Assembly (NCBI GenBank): GCA_964016885.1
Contig: OZ024741.1
Span: forward strand, 94,426,001-94,490,000
Length of the DNA: 64,000 bases
Source of the DNA: Eledone cirrhosa
Taxonomy: Eukaryota
Reading direction: 5' to 3'
The position numbers and the translations under genes were made by a program. Each line of letters opens with the position of its first letter. Positions within the stretch are counted from its first letter, which is position 1. This document shows positions 12,077 through 25,419 of the stretch, piece after piece. Under the pieces are notes generated by a model. That model ran no database searches, had not been told where the DNA came from, and worked only from the letters and a program-made list of their open reading frames with translations.

Positions 12077-13715
12077 GATGGCTGCCCCCTCGTTATCGAG
12101 TATGGCCATTGCACGAGGAGAAAAAATAAAATTATAAATAAATAAAAAAGAAAATAAAAATTTAAAAAAAAAAAATATATATATATAAACATATATATAT
12201 ATATATATATATACATATACATACATATATACACACACGCACACACACACACATACACACACACACATATACACACACACATACATTAATAACAATAATA
12301 ATAATAATAATAATAACAACAATAATAATATACATATACATACATATATACACACACACGCACACACATAAGCATATCTACACACACACACGATAGCAAC
12401 TAACAGCGCTGCGATCGAATGTGGCTTTTTAGTCCAGCCAATGATCTAAAATGTCTTGCACAGAGTCGGCAACCAAAACATTCACTGGGAATAGTTGGCT
12501 GTGGTTGGAGTTCGTGTACTTTTGCATGTCGCTTGAGCCTTCCTGTTGATTTACATTCTCTACCACATGCTTGGCAAGCATGATGAGTAGCATATCCAAC
12601 AGCAGCCTGGTAGTCAACCACTGGTCTTACTTTATGACTGCGAAGATGACTTTCGAGTCCAGCTTTGCTTAGGCAGAGTCTCGCACAGACGCTGCATGTC
12701 AGCACCATAGGAGAACCCTCGCCGTCTGGAAGTGCAACAGCAATGCCCTTCCTCACATCCCGCTTTACTTTCTCGTATGCGATTCGAGATGCCTCAAAGG
12801 CAACTTTTCCCTCATATACAGTCTTTCTCCATTTATTACGATCAGCAGCAATATTTTCCCATGTATCAGCAGAGATGTTAGCGTCTTTCAGAGAGGCTTT
12901 CAAGGAATCCTTATACCTCTTTTTTGTTTATGTGGCGGTCGTTTTCCTTTAACCAACTCTCCATAAAAGAGTTGTTTTGGTATTCTAGAATCCTTCATCC
13001 TGGCAAGGTGACCACTCCAACGGAGTCGTTGCTTAAGCACAAGAGCTTCTATACTGTCACAGATAGAGCTTTCCAAAATCTCGACATCACTGATGTGGTT
13101 CCTCCAGTGAACGCCATGGAGCCGTCTGAGACACATCTGATGGAAACGCTCCAATTGCTTAAGGTGGTGTCGATATGTGACCCAGGTCTCGCAGGCATAA
13201 AGAAGACAAGAGAGCACACATGCCCTGTACACCTTTACCTTTGTCCTCCTGCATATGTCTCGCCGACCCTAGAGTCGCCTTTCTAGCTTTCCGAAAGCAT
13301 CACTTGCTTTCCTAATCCTAAGTGAGATTTCACTGTCAAGGTTGCCGTATCGATTGACAGTACTTCCCAGGTAGACAAACTGATCAACCACTCCAAGTCG
13401 TTTGCCATACACATAGATGTTTGGTTCAGTGTACTGCTTACTAGGGGCAGGTTGGTACATGACGACGGTTTTCTTGAGACTGACAGTCAAACCCAGGGCA
13501 GTGCAAGCGTCACAAAATGCATTCAAAATGTGCTGCATATCACTCTCTGTGTGCGCTACATGATCGCAATCATCTGCATACAAGAGGTCTCTTATGATTG
13601 ATGTAAATACTTTTGTCTTCGCAGCAAAGCGCCTGATGTTAAATATGCTGCCTGAGGTTCGATATCGGATGTAAACACCATGCTCGCAATTCCTGAATGC
13701 AATACAGAAAACCAT
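12077..13715 (-). mobile_element. RTE-clade LINE, 5'-truncated, with three C-terminal C2H2 zinc fingers
   Basis: LLYADDC, FVYLGS, LLYACETW, LRWSGHLARM..RIPKQLFYGEL motifs; C2H2 fingers in ORF 12400..12903; RTE-type 3' hairpin at 12077-12120 separated from the stop by simple repeats; (TATG)n flanks. Confidence 0.88.
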
Positions 13716-13784
13716 ACATACATACATACATACATACATACATACATACATACATACATACATACATACATACATACATAAAAA

Positions 13785-14845
13785 ATTAGAAAACTGAACG
13801 CTAGAACAGCTTTTAAATCAGCTAAATGCTGTCAAAGACAGTGATTGGCAAAATGCCTGAGGATAGAGACCAGCGGTCAGGGGTCGGCAGAGTGTCAATC
13901 CACGAGATGGGTGACAGGCAGATGAAACAGAAAAGATTGAGATAGGAGAAGGACAAGGAAATGCATATTGGTGCATATAAGTGACTGGAAGAAGGAAATA
14001 AAGAAGGCCAATATACAAGACAAGTTCACACACACAACTTCACCCTCATCAGCTCTCAGACCAGCAAAATGGTTTCACTCGATTTAATTAAGAGTTCCAT
14101 TTTAATAAGGCTGGATCGAGCAACAGAAGAAATAAATCTTTCTGTTAGTGTGATATGTGTGTGATAAAACAAACAGAACAGATAGATAGACAGACAGATC
14201 AGAAAGCGAAGCAAAAACCAAACGTCTTACCTACAGTAGGCCTCCGATTGAAAGGACAAGAAAAGAAAATAACCGGTGGCAGCAAACGGAGGTGACAGGA
14301 GGAGTAGCAAGTAAAGGTAGAAAGGAAGAGCGGGAGAAAGAGAGAGAGAGGAGGGAGCGAAAGAAAACAAAGAAAAGAAAAGATCGGGATAGTGGACCTG
14401 TAGTTGTGGTGTCTGTCCTAAATAGAAAGCTAATCATAGTTATGATAAAGTTAAATGAATAAACATTGTGACTCCTGTCGAGACGTGGCGAGAGTATAGA
14501 ATTCATATAAAAATGAGAAAACTCAACACGAGAACAGCTGTTAAAACAGCTAAATGCTGTCAAAGATGTGTGTGTGAACTAGTCTTATACATCACCTTTC
14601 TTTATTTCCTACTTCCAGTCACTTCGATGCGCCAATACGCTTTTCCTTGTCCTACTCCTCTCTCAATCGTTTCTGTGTTTCATCTGCCTGTCACCTACCT
14701 CACGGATTGACTCTCAGTCGACTGCTGGCCGCTGGTCTCTGTCCTGAGGCAATTTTGTCCATCACTGTCTTTGACAACATTTAGTTATTTTAGCAGCTGT
14801 TCTATTAATTCTAATACACTCTCGCCTCATCTCGACAAGAGAGTA
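13785..14845. repeat. Cluster of three copies of an unclassified LTR-like repeat (13785-14170 +, 14470-14566 +, 14567-14845 -)
   Basis: Shared segment GAACAGC..AGCTAAATGCTGTCAAAGA; 13800-14035 matches reverse complement of 14570-14810; two copies start TGTCGAGA. Confidence 0.65.
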
Positions 14846-15289
14846 TGCAAATGGGGTTAATCAGCCCATGTACATAGACGTCAAAACTATATATTTTCAC
14901 TTAAATTGAATTCCGGCAGAGAGAAGAGTAAGGGGACAACAACTTTGATAACAACCATTAGTCAGAAACGATCCTCGGTAGTTTCCTTCTGTCTAGTAGA
15001 TCTCCTGCTTGTACATTTGGTGTTACTGGCGGACTGAAAATCCAATTGATGTATGTGGTGACATTGTTGAATCTAATATTTGAGCTTTCATAATGTGCGT
15101 GCCAGTTTGATATTAGGGGCTGTATTCCTCACATATACACGAGATCCAGATAAAACTAAGGTGTTCTTTGTGGGATGTGCGGAGCCAGTAGTTTAAATTT
15201 GGTTAACATGGCACTTCTTTAATGGCATCAAAACTCTACCACAATATCGTTGGTTGCTCTTTTCTTTTGTTTGCACCCACCTGTTCAAT

Positions 15290-15560
15290 TGTCCTAGGTA
15301 TTGTCAAGCGCTACCTATAGACGAAAATAAAACTATTCGAGATGGAGAGATTACCACTTCAATACTCATTAAAGAAAATCTATTTCACACGTCAAGTCCA
15401 TAAAGCGGAAAGAGGGCCGCTAACGACTATGGTTTCCAGTCACGGAAATGTCCGCCTCAGATTAGGAACCTTCAAAGGTTACAAGTGGGCCTAACGGACC
15501 TCATTAAAAAGATATGACTTCAACAACATTCTAATCCTTTCCAAAAAGCCTTAAACAATT
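15290..15560 (+). pseudogene. Degraded N-terminal fragment of Hydra-clade-like Penelope ORF
   Basis: Translates to RWRDYHF...YGFQSRKCPPQIRNL..LTDLIKKI*LQQHSNPFQKAL, resembling PLE N-termini. Confidence 0.5.
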
Positions 15561-15913
15561 ACACTACTTGCCCAAATTTACAAACTCTCGCTCTCCGTCT
15601 TTTTCTCTCCCCCACTCTGTTATTACGACTGTCCTGCTACAACTTTCCTATCAAGCCTCTTTGTAATTTGACCCCCGAAATGTGTCAATTCACCCAACTT
15701 CGTCACTTGTTTCCTACAATCTATCTCTTTTTCTCCTTATCTATCTATATATCCATAGTTCTTTCTATTGAAATATCCGAAACTATAATGATTCCCAGAA
15801 GACAACCGATGATCGGGAAATCTCCATATGTCTGTATTTTCCGAATTTACTTGTATTTATCCCAGATATTATTTTTTATTATATACACACGTGCACACAC
15901 ACAACACACGTGC

Positions 15914-16032
<119 letters not shown>

Positions 16033-17033
16033 GACCACACACACATGTCTATATATATTCCAGGCCTGGAACAATGACGTGCCAGCGTTGTATTGGCTTC
16101 GAAAAGACCATAAGACGAACAGTGACCCAGTCGCGGGACCACCAACACGGCCAGTCTGTGGAGCAACATTGCTAGCAACTACAGACTTTCCTACTTCCTC
16201 TCCCTGATCGTAGGCCCCATCATTGAAATGTCCCCGGATATATGTGACAGCACGGAGGACCTCCTCAGCAGAATCAGCGAAAATAACCTGTCAAGGGACC
16301 TAACAGACTGTATAATATGCAGTATGGATGTAGTATCCCTATACCCATCCATTGACGTGGATTTTGCTGTGGAGAAATGCGTGGAAATGATCAGTGAGAG
16401 CAATGTTGAATTCCGTGGGATTGATACAGTGAGCTGGGACTCCTACTTAAACTCACTTATAATGATTACCTAGATACGTATGACCTTAGCAACCTCTGCC
16501 CCACAAGGCCAGCAAGAGGCAGACCACCTACCATTAATTCAATGGCCAAGAAAACTCACACAGAAACATGGAACGGGTGGATCAGAGCCATACGGACCCC
16601 CGAAAACTAAAGAAAATGATTGCACATGTGGTGGGAGCCACTATAAAACTAACCCTTAAGGAACATATGTTCAAATCTAATGGAAAAACATATGCCCAAG
16701 AGGAAGGAGCAGCCATTGGCGTTAGCATTGCAGGTGACATAGCTAACCTATTTATGGTATGGTGGGACAAAAAACTTAACGAACAATTAGAAGACAACAA
16801 TCTCTTAACCCTGATTATGTACTCCCGCTACGTTGATGATATAAACATCGTAGTAAAAACACCCCCACTCCAATTAGAGAAAAACACCATGGAAAGCATC
16901 CAGCAAATAGCTAACTCCATCCACCAGAGTATCAAAGTTACTATAGACTACCCAAGCAAACACCCCAACCATCGATTACCTGTACTAGAGACAGAACTCT
17001 GGTTAGAAACCATTAATAACAAAAACAAATCCT

Positions 17034-18224
17034 CCATTCCCATTATGCCAAACCCATGACTTCCAAATAAATGATCACACCAACATCAATATACTGATTG
17101 CGTATTTAGTAAGGGTGATGAGGAACGTGTTCCGCATGTGCAACCCCAAAGAACTAGAGAGACACATACAACACTTCATTCACCGTATGCAGTTCTCTGG
17201 TTACAATCAGAGAGATACAATCAGAGTATATAGAGGAGCCAGAACCAAATGGGAAAAAATGGGAAATAATGATACAAATTGGATCTGCCTCTTGTATAGG
17301 AGCAAATTTTGGAATAGAATAGAAAGAACTAGGAATAAGGTTAATAAAATAAACTCATGGTATGATAGCAATAAATACCAGAGTGTAATGTTCATCAATA
17401 CAACCCCTAGAGGTGATCTAGCTTACAAATTTAGAAGGGCCCTACATAAACTTAAACTAAATATTAAGATAGTGGAAAGACCAGGTACCTCCATAAAAAC
17501 ACTTATTAGTAATACATACCCTTTTCAAAGACTTCCCTGTATAGATAAGAAATGCATAATCTATAAAATAAGCCCCCATATTAACTGTAAAACTAGAAAC
17601 ATAGTATATAGGAGGATTATGCCATTCCCATTATGCCAAACCCATGACTTCCAAACATCTGATCCACCGAAACTCGGCCATTTCGGACCATACCAAAATC
17701 AACATACTGATTGCGGATTTGGTACGGGTGATGAGAAATGTGTCCCGCATGTGCAACCCCGAAGAACTAGAGAGACACATACAACACTTCATCCACCGTA
17801 TGCAGTTCTCTGGCTACAATCAGAGAGATAGAATCAGAGTGTATAGAGGAGCCAGAACCAAATGGGAAAAAATGGTAAATAATGACATAAATGGGACCTG
17901 CCCCTTGTATGGGAGCAAATTTTGGAATAGAATAGAAAGAACTAGGAACAAGGCTAATAGAATAAACTCATGGTATGATAGCAATAAATACCAGAGTGTA
18001 ATGTTCATCGATACAACCCCTAGAGGTGAACTAGCTTACAAATTTAGAAGGGCCCTAAATAAACATAAACTCAATATTAAGATAGTAGAAAGACCAGGTA
18101 CCTCCGTAAAAACACTTATTAGCAAGACATACCCTTTTCAAAGACCCTCATGTATAGATAAGAAATGTATAACCTGTAAAATAAGCCCCCATATTAACTG
18201 TAAAACTAGAAATGTAGTGTATAG
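17034..18224 (+). repeat. ~590 bp tandem duplication inside the Penelope element
   Basis: 17034-17612 and 17622-18224 encode near-identical peptides (ORFs 17115 and 17644). Confidence 0.9.
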
Positions 18225-18734
18225 CATAAGATGTACCGAAGGACAATGTAGAGACAAAAATATAGTGTACATAGGTGAGACAGCTCGTAGTGTAGGGGAA
18301 CGGATAAATGAACACTGGTGAGACCTTCAAGATAATAAAGAATCATCTGTACTCTACCAACATGCTAAGATAGAACACAAGGGTAAATTAGAGAACATAG
18401 AAATAAAAAATAGAATCTACACACAGAAAAGACGCAATGTTTAGACAAATTACAGAGGCAATAAACATAAAAGAATTACAACCAAAATTAAATAGAAAAT
18501 ATGAGTGGAACAGCAACATCACAACTTACAATTAAGGACAAAATGAAAACACACACACACATAGAACAAACAACCAACCAGTAACATGTAAATAAACAAA
18601 TAGATAAATGAACATAAACACACACATACACCCGGATGTGGCGCATGCGCAGACTGAGCACACAACACACACACAGAAACAAAATGGCGTAGGACAGAAC
18701 AAAGGAGAGGCACAGAAACAAAGAAAGGAGTCCC

Positions 18735-18781
18735 TAGTCACTGAAGAGGTCACAGAGTGTGTGACGAAAGAACTATGACTA
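18735..18781 (+). ncRNA. Minimal hammerhead ribozyme motif of Penelope pLTR
   Basis: UAGUCA-CUGAAGA-G-GUCACA/UGUGAC-GAAAG-AA-CUA-UGACUA. Confidence 0.7.
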
Positions 18782-18862
18782 TATATAAACAACTATCTGG
18801 TTGTGGAACCAACCAACCAACCAGAAATTTATAAATTTATAAATTTGTAAATTTATAAATAT

Positions 18863-18995
18863 ATAATAAATTGAAGTGAAAGCAACTGGTGCGTGTGTTT
18901 CTTATTGGCAACATGACCCTCCCAAAGTATAACAATATCGGTTTCAACACACGATTTCAGATAAAGAATCTTGCTAAACAAATTCAGAAACGAAA
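18863..18995 (+). mobile_element. 3'-end fragment of (TA)n-associated repeat family (same as 54647-54794)
   Basis: Matches both arms of 54647-54794; ends in (TA)n. Confidence 0.7.
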
Positions 18996-19060
18996 TATAT
19001 ATATATATATGTATATATACGTACATATATATATATACAAATATATTTATATATATGTGC

Positions 19061-19143
<83 letters not shown>

Positions 19144-19690
19144 TGAATATATATATATAAGTGTGTGTGTACGCCAATGTGTGCATGCGTGAGTAGACAG
19201 CAGAGGGAGAAAGGTGGGGAACGAGAATTTCGGTTGCAGATGTTGGAATAAACAACCAATAATTCTCTTATCAGCCAGTACATATATAACATGCTTTTTC
19301 AGTTATCTTTCTACTGTTGGTCTTATAACACACCAGTAAACACCAATTGAATTGTTTTAAGGTGTACATCGTTGTATATGTACATACATGCTATGTTTTC
19401 ATACGTGTTCGTATATATTTGTCTGAAGGTAGCCGTAAGAAGAAGGAGGCTGATGCGTCAGTATAGTACTGAAATCAAAGCAGACTTAAATAATTATGTC
19501 AGTGCTGTGCTGATCTATGTCTTGTCTGTAAAGATAATTGGATATATCCTAGGTGAAATTAACCAGCTCTGTCTTTCCCTACATGTACATATGTACGTAT
19601 GTATATATATATATGTATGCATTCATGCATGCATGCATATATATATATGTGTTTTTATATTTAAATATATATTTGCATGCGTATATGTAC

Positions 19691-19723
<33 letters not shown>

Positions 19724-20038
19724 AGTTTGTGTGTGCGTGTATGTATGTATGTATGTATGTGTATTTGAGTGTAAATACAAGCACAAATACTTACGTAAAT
19801 AGAGGATTTCTAAAACGTAGGACAGTTTTTAAATATATTTTATTATGGAAAGCCTGACAATCCTATGGGACATATTTATGTATGTACGTATGGAGAAATA
19901 ATTAACTGATGCAGGCACCCATACACGTACAGATATAGGCCTCTGTGTGTATATGTATGCTTATATGGCGGCGAAATTTATATACAGATTTACATTCACA
20001 TAGATATGATATACCTATATATATATATATATATATAT

Positions 20039-20091
<53 letters not shown>

Positions 20092-20143
20092 TATATATAT
20101 ATACCTATATATATATATATATATATATAGGTATATATATATA

Positions 20144-20278
<135 letters not shown>

Positions 20279-20287
20279 ATATATATA

Positions 20288-20338
<51 letters not shown>

Positions 20339-20376
20339 ATATATATATATACATACATATAAATATATACATATAC

Positions 20377-20768
<392 letters not shown>

Positions 20769-20803
20769 AGAGAGAGAGATAGACAGATAGATATGTATAT
20801 ATC

Positions 20804-20840
<37 letters not shown>

Positions 20841-21104
20841 ACATACCTATATTCATTTTCATCGGCACATGTAGAACAAGCTGATTCTCCGGGTTAGCGA
20901 AACATACGTACCTGGTATGATGCCGTTGTAATAATTGACCTTGAAAACTATATATATATATGTGTACGAAGAGAGGGGGGGTGATCGTACATAGAGAGAT
21001 ACATAGATAGATATATAGATAAGAAAATAGATGAGACATGTCAGCATTATTCATATAAACGCGTATTCATACACACACGCGCGCACATATGTATATATAA
21101 ATAT

Positions 21105-21710
21105 ATGGTGGCTGCCAACTCGTTTTCGAGTACAGCCACTACTTCATATCCATGTAGGAGAACCCCTACCGATGCGCTGAACGAGTGTGACTTTTTAGTC
21201 CAGCCTGCGACTTGAAAACTCTGGTACAAACACTACACTTGTGACAATTTTGACACATAGTGCTGGGCCCATGGTACCATGTGATGACAAGTGCAGAGAG
21301 ATCTCCAGATATAAAGCAATGCCTGTGCCGTGAAGCTTTTATAGTGAGCAACGGCACTGCACAAAGCCAGTCCCACTCTCTTAACCAAGATGATATTTAC
21401 CAAAAAGAAGAACAAGTCAACATCATTGGATACCATCAGCGTTGCAGGTGTTATATCAGAGTTTTCCTTCTCCTAGAATTCTGCCTTGACAAAGGCTAAG
21501 GGGTCATCTCTCCCGGTGATTTTGGATGGCCATTGACTCTTAAGAGCTCCTTTGCCCTTTGACAGGTTTTGTTTTTAGTCCTGCAGGATGTCCAAAGTCA
21601 CCCTCCTCACCAAGAAACCTTGGTGGGGTTGCCAGTTTAGTCGCCAACGACCCAACCATGAGACAGGTTGTACTGGGATACATGTTACCAGTAGCACCAA
21701 CTGGTGCCTG
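21105..21710 (-). mobile_element. Bipartite non-autonomous RTE derivative (5'UTR fused to 3' end), ~605 bp
   Basis: 5' part with RTE-type UTR motif CTAGGAGAAGGAAAACTCTGAT; 3' part encodes CSVCTRVFKSQAGLKSHTRSAH* and ends CTCGAAAACGAGTTGGCAGCCACCAT; no RT. Confidence 0.75.
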
Positions 21711-21840
21711 ACATACATACATACATACATACATACATACATACATACATACATACATACATACATGCATACATGCATACATACATACATACATACATAC
21801 ATACATACATACATACATACATACATACATACATACATAC

Positions 21841-22810
21841 AGAATAGCGACTGATCTGGAGGAGAGATATGGAATAAAGCCTGATATAAATCTCTCACCC
21901 AGAGAAATCGGAAGATCCTATTCAATGTTCAAACAAGAAAAAAAAAATTGACCAATTTACAGAGAAAGTTGTGCATGGATACTTGAGGCGTAAAACACAG
22001 ACCATAGAGGGGATAAACCACTCAAAAAGCCTGGCATGGAGTTCCGACAAGTTTATGACATCACACCTTGAGGGATATCTCTATGCAATACAGGAACAAG
22101 AACTCCCTACCAAATATCTGCTGCACAAAAGAGGAGGGCCAGCAGCTGACAATAAATGTAGGCTATGTAAAACAAAGATCGAGGATGTAAGCCACATTGT
22201 TGCCAGCTGCGAAAGAATGTCATCTCGCTACTACCTCCCCATGAGACACGATGGGATAGCTAGAACTATCTGGAACGCACTTCGGAAAACAAAATTATCA
22301 ACAAACGAGGAAGAATATATTGAGACAGATGGCACTAAGGAATACTGGTGGAACCTGAAAATAAAAACTGCCACCAAATTAAAGCACAACCGGCCTGATA
22401 TTGTAGTTTGGGACCACACATTGAAAACGTGTTCTGTTGTGGAGATCAGCTGCCCACTTGATGTAAACGTTGTCAGAAAAATACAGGAGAAGGAGGAAAT
22501 CTACGGACCATTGATGAGGAGCTTACAAATCCAGTATCCAAGATACACCTTTAGCTTCATACCCATCATTATTGGTGCTACGGGTTATATACCAACCCGC
22601 TTGGACCAAAGTATGACCGAACTTGGATTTGCGGACAAAAAGCGCAGCTCCCTAATTCATAGTCTACAAATGGCTGCGATAGCTGGCACCTTCAAAATAT
22701 GCAAAACATTCTTGCGATTCAAGGGATGACAATTTCTTTTCTTTTACAACCTTGCCACCAGGAAGGTGGCCGGTCAAAAAAATATACTCGAAATTAAGAG
22801 AAAGAGAAAA
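21841..22810 (+). mobile_element. R4/Dong-like LINE 3' portion, second subfamily
   Basis: ORF 21971..22729: CRLC..EDVSHIVASC, RHDGIA, RPDIVVWD..VVEISCP; (CATA)n on both sides. Confidence 0.9.
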
Positions 22811-22828
22811 CATACATACATACATACA

Positions 22829-23386
22829 TATGATATGGGACAGGGAGAAGAAAACATGCACAGTAGTGGAAATTAGCTGCCCAGCAGATGCCAATATAAT
22901 ATCAAAGATTAGCAAAAAGGAGAATATTTATGCAGAACTGATGAGAAATCTGCAGATACTCCACCCTGATTACACCTTCAGATTTATGCCTGTGATTATT
23001 GGAGCACTGGGGTATGTTAATAACTGCCTCAATACAAATCTTGAGAAGCTGGGCTTCACAGGAACAGAAAGAACACAATTAGTTAGGAAATTACAAGTAC
23101 AATCCATTAATGGAACAGTAAAAATATGTAAAACATTTCAAAAATTGTGCATCTAATAACTGCATATACACATGTACAGATACAAAGCATGCACACATAC
23201 AACTCAAACATACACATGTACACATACAACTCAAAACATATACATCCATATCTACACATGCAGACATGCATACATAATCTAGCTAGGTTGATGTTGTGTA
23301 AATTCCACAGAGAGAGTATTGTGTCTATGTTAGAAACCGACTCTCTCTTTTGGGAAAAAATTTGTGAAATTATAAAACCAGAAGAA
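22829..23386 (+). mobile_element. R4/Dong-like LINE 3' fragment, same subfamily as 9145-11977
   Basis: Near-identical to 11426-11977; ends AGAAGAA|CATACATA. Confidence 0.9.
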
Positions 23387-23664
23387 CATACATACATACA
23401 TACATACATACATACATACACACATAGAATTTATACGATGATATAAATCCTGTAGAAACCTTTAGAATCAATTGAGTTTGACGTTTTTGGATCGGTTTAG
23501 AAGATCAAAGACGTATATCGCAATTCTCCTCTAAGTAGTTTACTCTCGATTTCTCTCGATCATATTAAAGAGAAGTTAAAGGTGGCATAGAAAATTAAAT
23601 TGAACTGACAGTCCAAAGGCAAATAAATGGACTCCGAAGTAGAATTTATATAATTACTTTCAGA

Positions 23665-23723
<59 letters not shown>

Positions 23724-23879
23724 GTTTGTTTGTTTCTCTCTAGTCTCCATTTGATGGCACAAACATTGCTTTTGCTTGACATTTTTTTTTCCAATTGTTA
23801 AAAACACCACCAAAATAAATCAGACACAAGCCACACATATTGCGAGAGTGTTTGCAAGAAAGAATTGTCGATTTTATTG

Positions 23880-24690
23880 ATTTTAGTACACTTCTATTGC
23901 TTTATCTTATCGACCCCAGAAAGAGGGAGACAAAGTCGACCTCGGCAGGATTTGAACTCAGAATATAAAGGATCGTGGCTAAATTTCATGAAGCATTTTG
24001 TACGATGATCTACCCATTCTGCCAACTCACTATTCTGATGACGATGCTAATAATAATTGTTTCTACTTTTGGCACAAGGCCAGCAATTACCCCAGTACAT
24101 TACTGGTACTTTATTTTATCGATCTCAAAAGGATGGCATTTGATCTCAGAACGTAAAGGACCATAACTCCATGCTGGAAAGCATGGTGTCTGACGCTCTA
24201 CCGATACTGCCAATCTACCACCCTAACAATGCTAATAATAATAATAATTTTTTCTACCTTAGGCACAAGGCCAGCAATTTGGGGAGGAGGGGAAAGTCGA
24301 TTAAATCAACCCTAGTGCGTAACTGGTAATTTACTTTATCGACTCCGTAAGGAGGAAAGGCAAAGTTTACCTCAGCGAGATTTGAACTCAGAATGTAAGG
24401 AGACGTATCTCTATGCCGCGAACCATGGTGTCTGACGCTTTACCGATGCTGCCATTCCACCGCCAAGATATGGAAAGAAGCAGAATTCAAGAGAAATTTC
24501 AAATAATAATAATAATAATTGCTTCTACTTTCGGCACAAGGCCAGCAATTTTTGGGGAGGGGGAAAGTCGATTTAATCGACCCCATCGCATTGCTGGTAC
24601 TTTATTTTATCACTCCATAAAGATGAAAGACAAAGTAGATCTTTGTGGAGTTTTTAACTCAGAACGTAAAGAACCATAAAAATACCACAA
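23880..24690 (-). mobile_element. Cluster of four tRNA-derived SINE copies (family 1)
   Basis: Minus strand A-box (TGGCAGTATCGG), B-box (GTTCAAAT), body GCCTTTCATCCTTACGGGGTCGATAAAATAAAGTACCAG, (ATT)n tails. Confidence 0.85.
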
Positions 24691-25111
24691 AATATGCTGA
24701 TCAACTCTTTAACAAGGGAACATTACTAATGGTAGAGATTTACGTAGAATCTATTGCAAAGGGAAAACAAACGTATACAAAAGTAATTGAAAGCCAAACT
24801 ATTTGATACTATTAAATGAGACATTTTAATAGGTGAACAGCCATCTCGAGTCAATCAAGAACCCACCACAAATCCTGGAAAATTCCCTAATCTACTTGTA
24901 TTCTCTGACCCGTGTAGAGAACAGTGCACGTGGCACATTCCCGCCATTCTTCTCCATACTTAATCAAATTTACTAGAGCGTAGCAGCTCTTTCTATGTTC
25001 AAGTCGAAACTAAAGCAGTTAATGAGGACTTGACCTAAGAGGAAACTGCCTGTCCTCAGTCATTATAATCAGGCTAATCATATTCTATTGACATTCGTCT
25101 AGTATCTAGAC

Positions 25112-25402
25112 CAGGCATGGGCAACCTTTTTCGAGAAGCGGGCCACATGAGATATGGCTCATCATCAGGCGGGCCGCAAGTGCTAATTTACATTCGTGCC
25201 CACATTAAAAAGACGGGCAGTAACTCAGGTTGTTTTGATTTGTTTCTTCAGAATTCGTACACGTTGTTTTCCTCGATCGTAAAAATGATAGAAAGATAAA
25301 TTACGACTGAAAAGTTTGGGTAAAAAAATCAGAAAGATTTCACTTAGGTGACTTAGATGAGCCATTCAGAAAGCTTCGTGGGCTGCAGGTTGCCCATGAC
25401 TA
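25112..25402. mobile_element. hAT (Charlie-type) MITE
   Basis: TIR CAGGCATGGGCAACCT / AGGTTGCCCATGACTA; perfect 8-bp TSD ATCTAGAC (25104-11, 25403-10). Confidence 0.88.
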
Positions 25403-25419
25403 ATCTAGACCCTCTGCTA

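Larger units (their letters stand above)
16060..18830 (+). mobile_element. Penelope-like element (RT + Cys-rich linker + C-terminal GIY-YIG), degraded, with internal tandem duplication
   Basis: CSMDVVSLYPSID, QEEGAAIG, YSRYVDD; CIDKKCITC..NCKTRNVVYSIRC..YIGETARSVGERINEH; 3' hammerhead motif. Confidence 0.88.

Noticed and set aside
18319-18321. In-frame TGA in the Penelope GIY-YIG region as selenocysteine (as in Naiad elements)
   Set aside because: Not at a Cys position, the element has other disabling lesions, and CGA>TGA decay is simpler; no SECIS recognised
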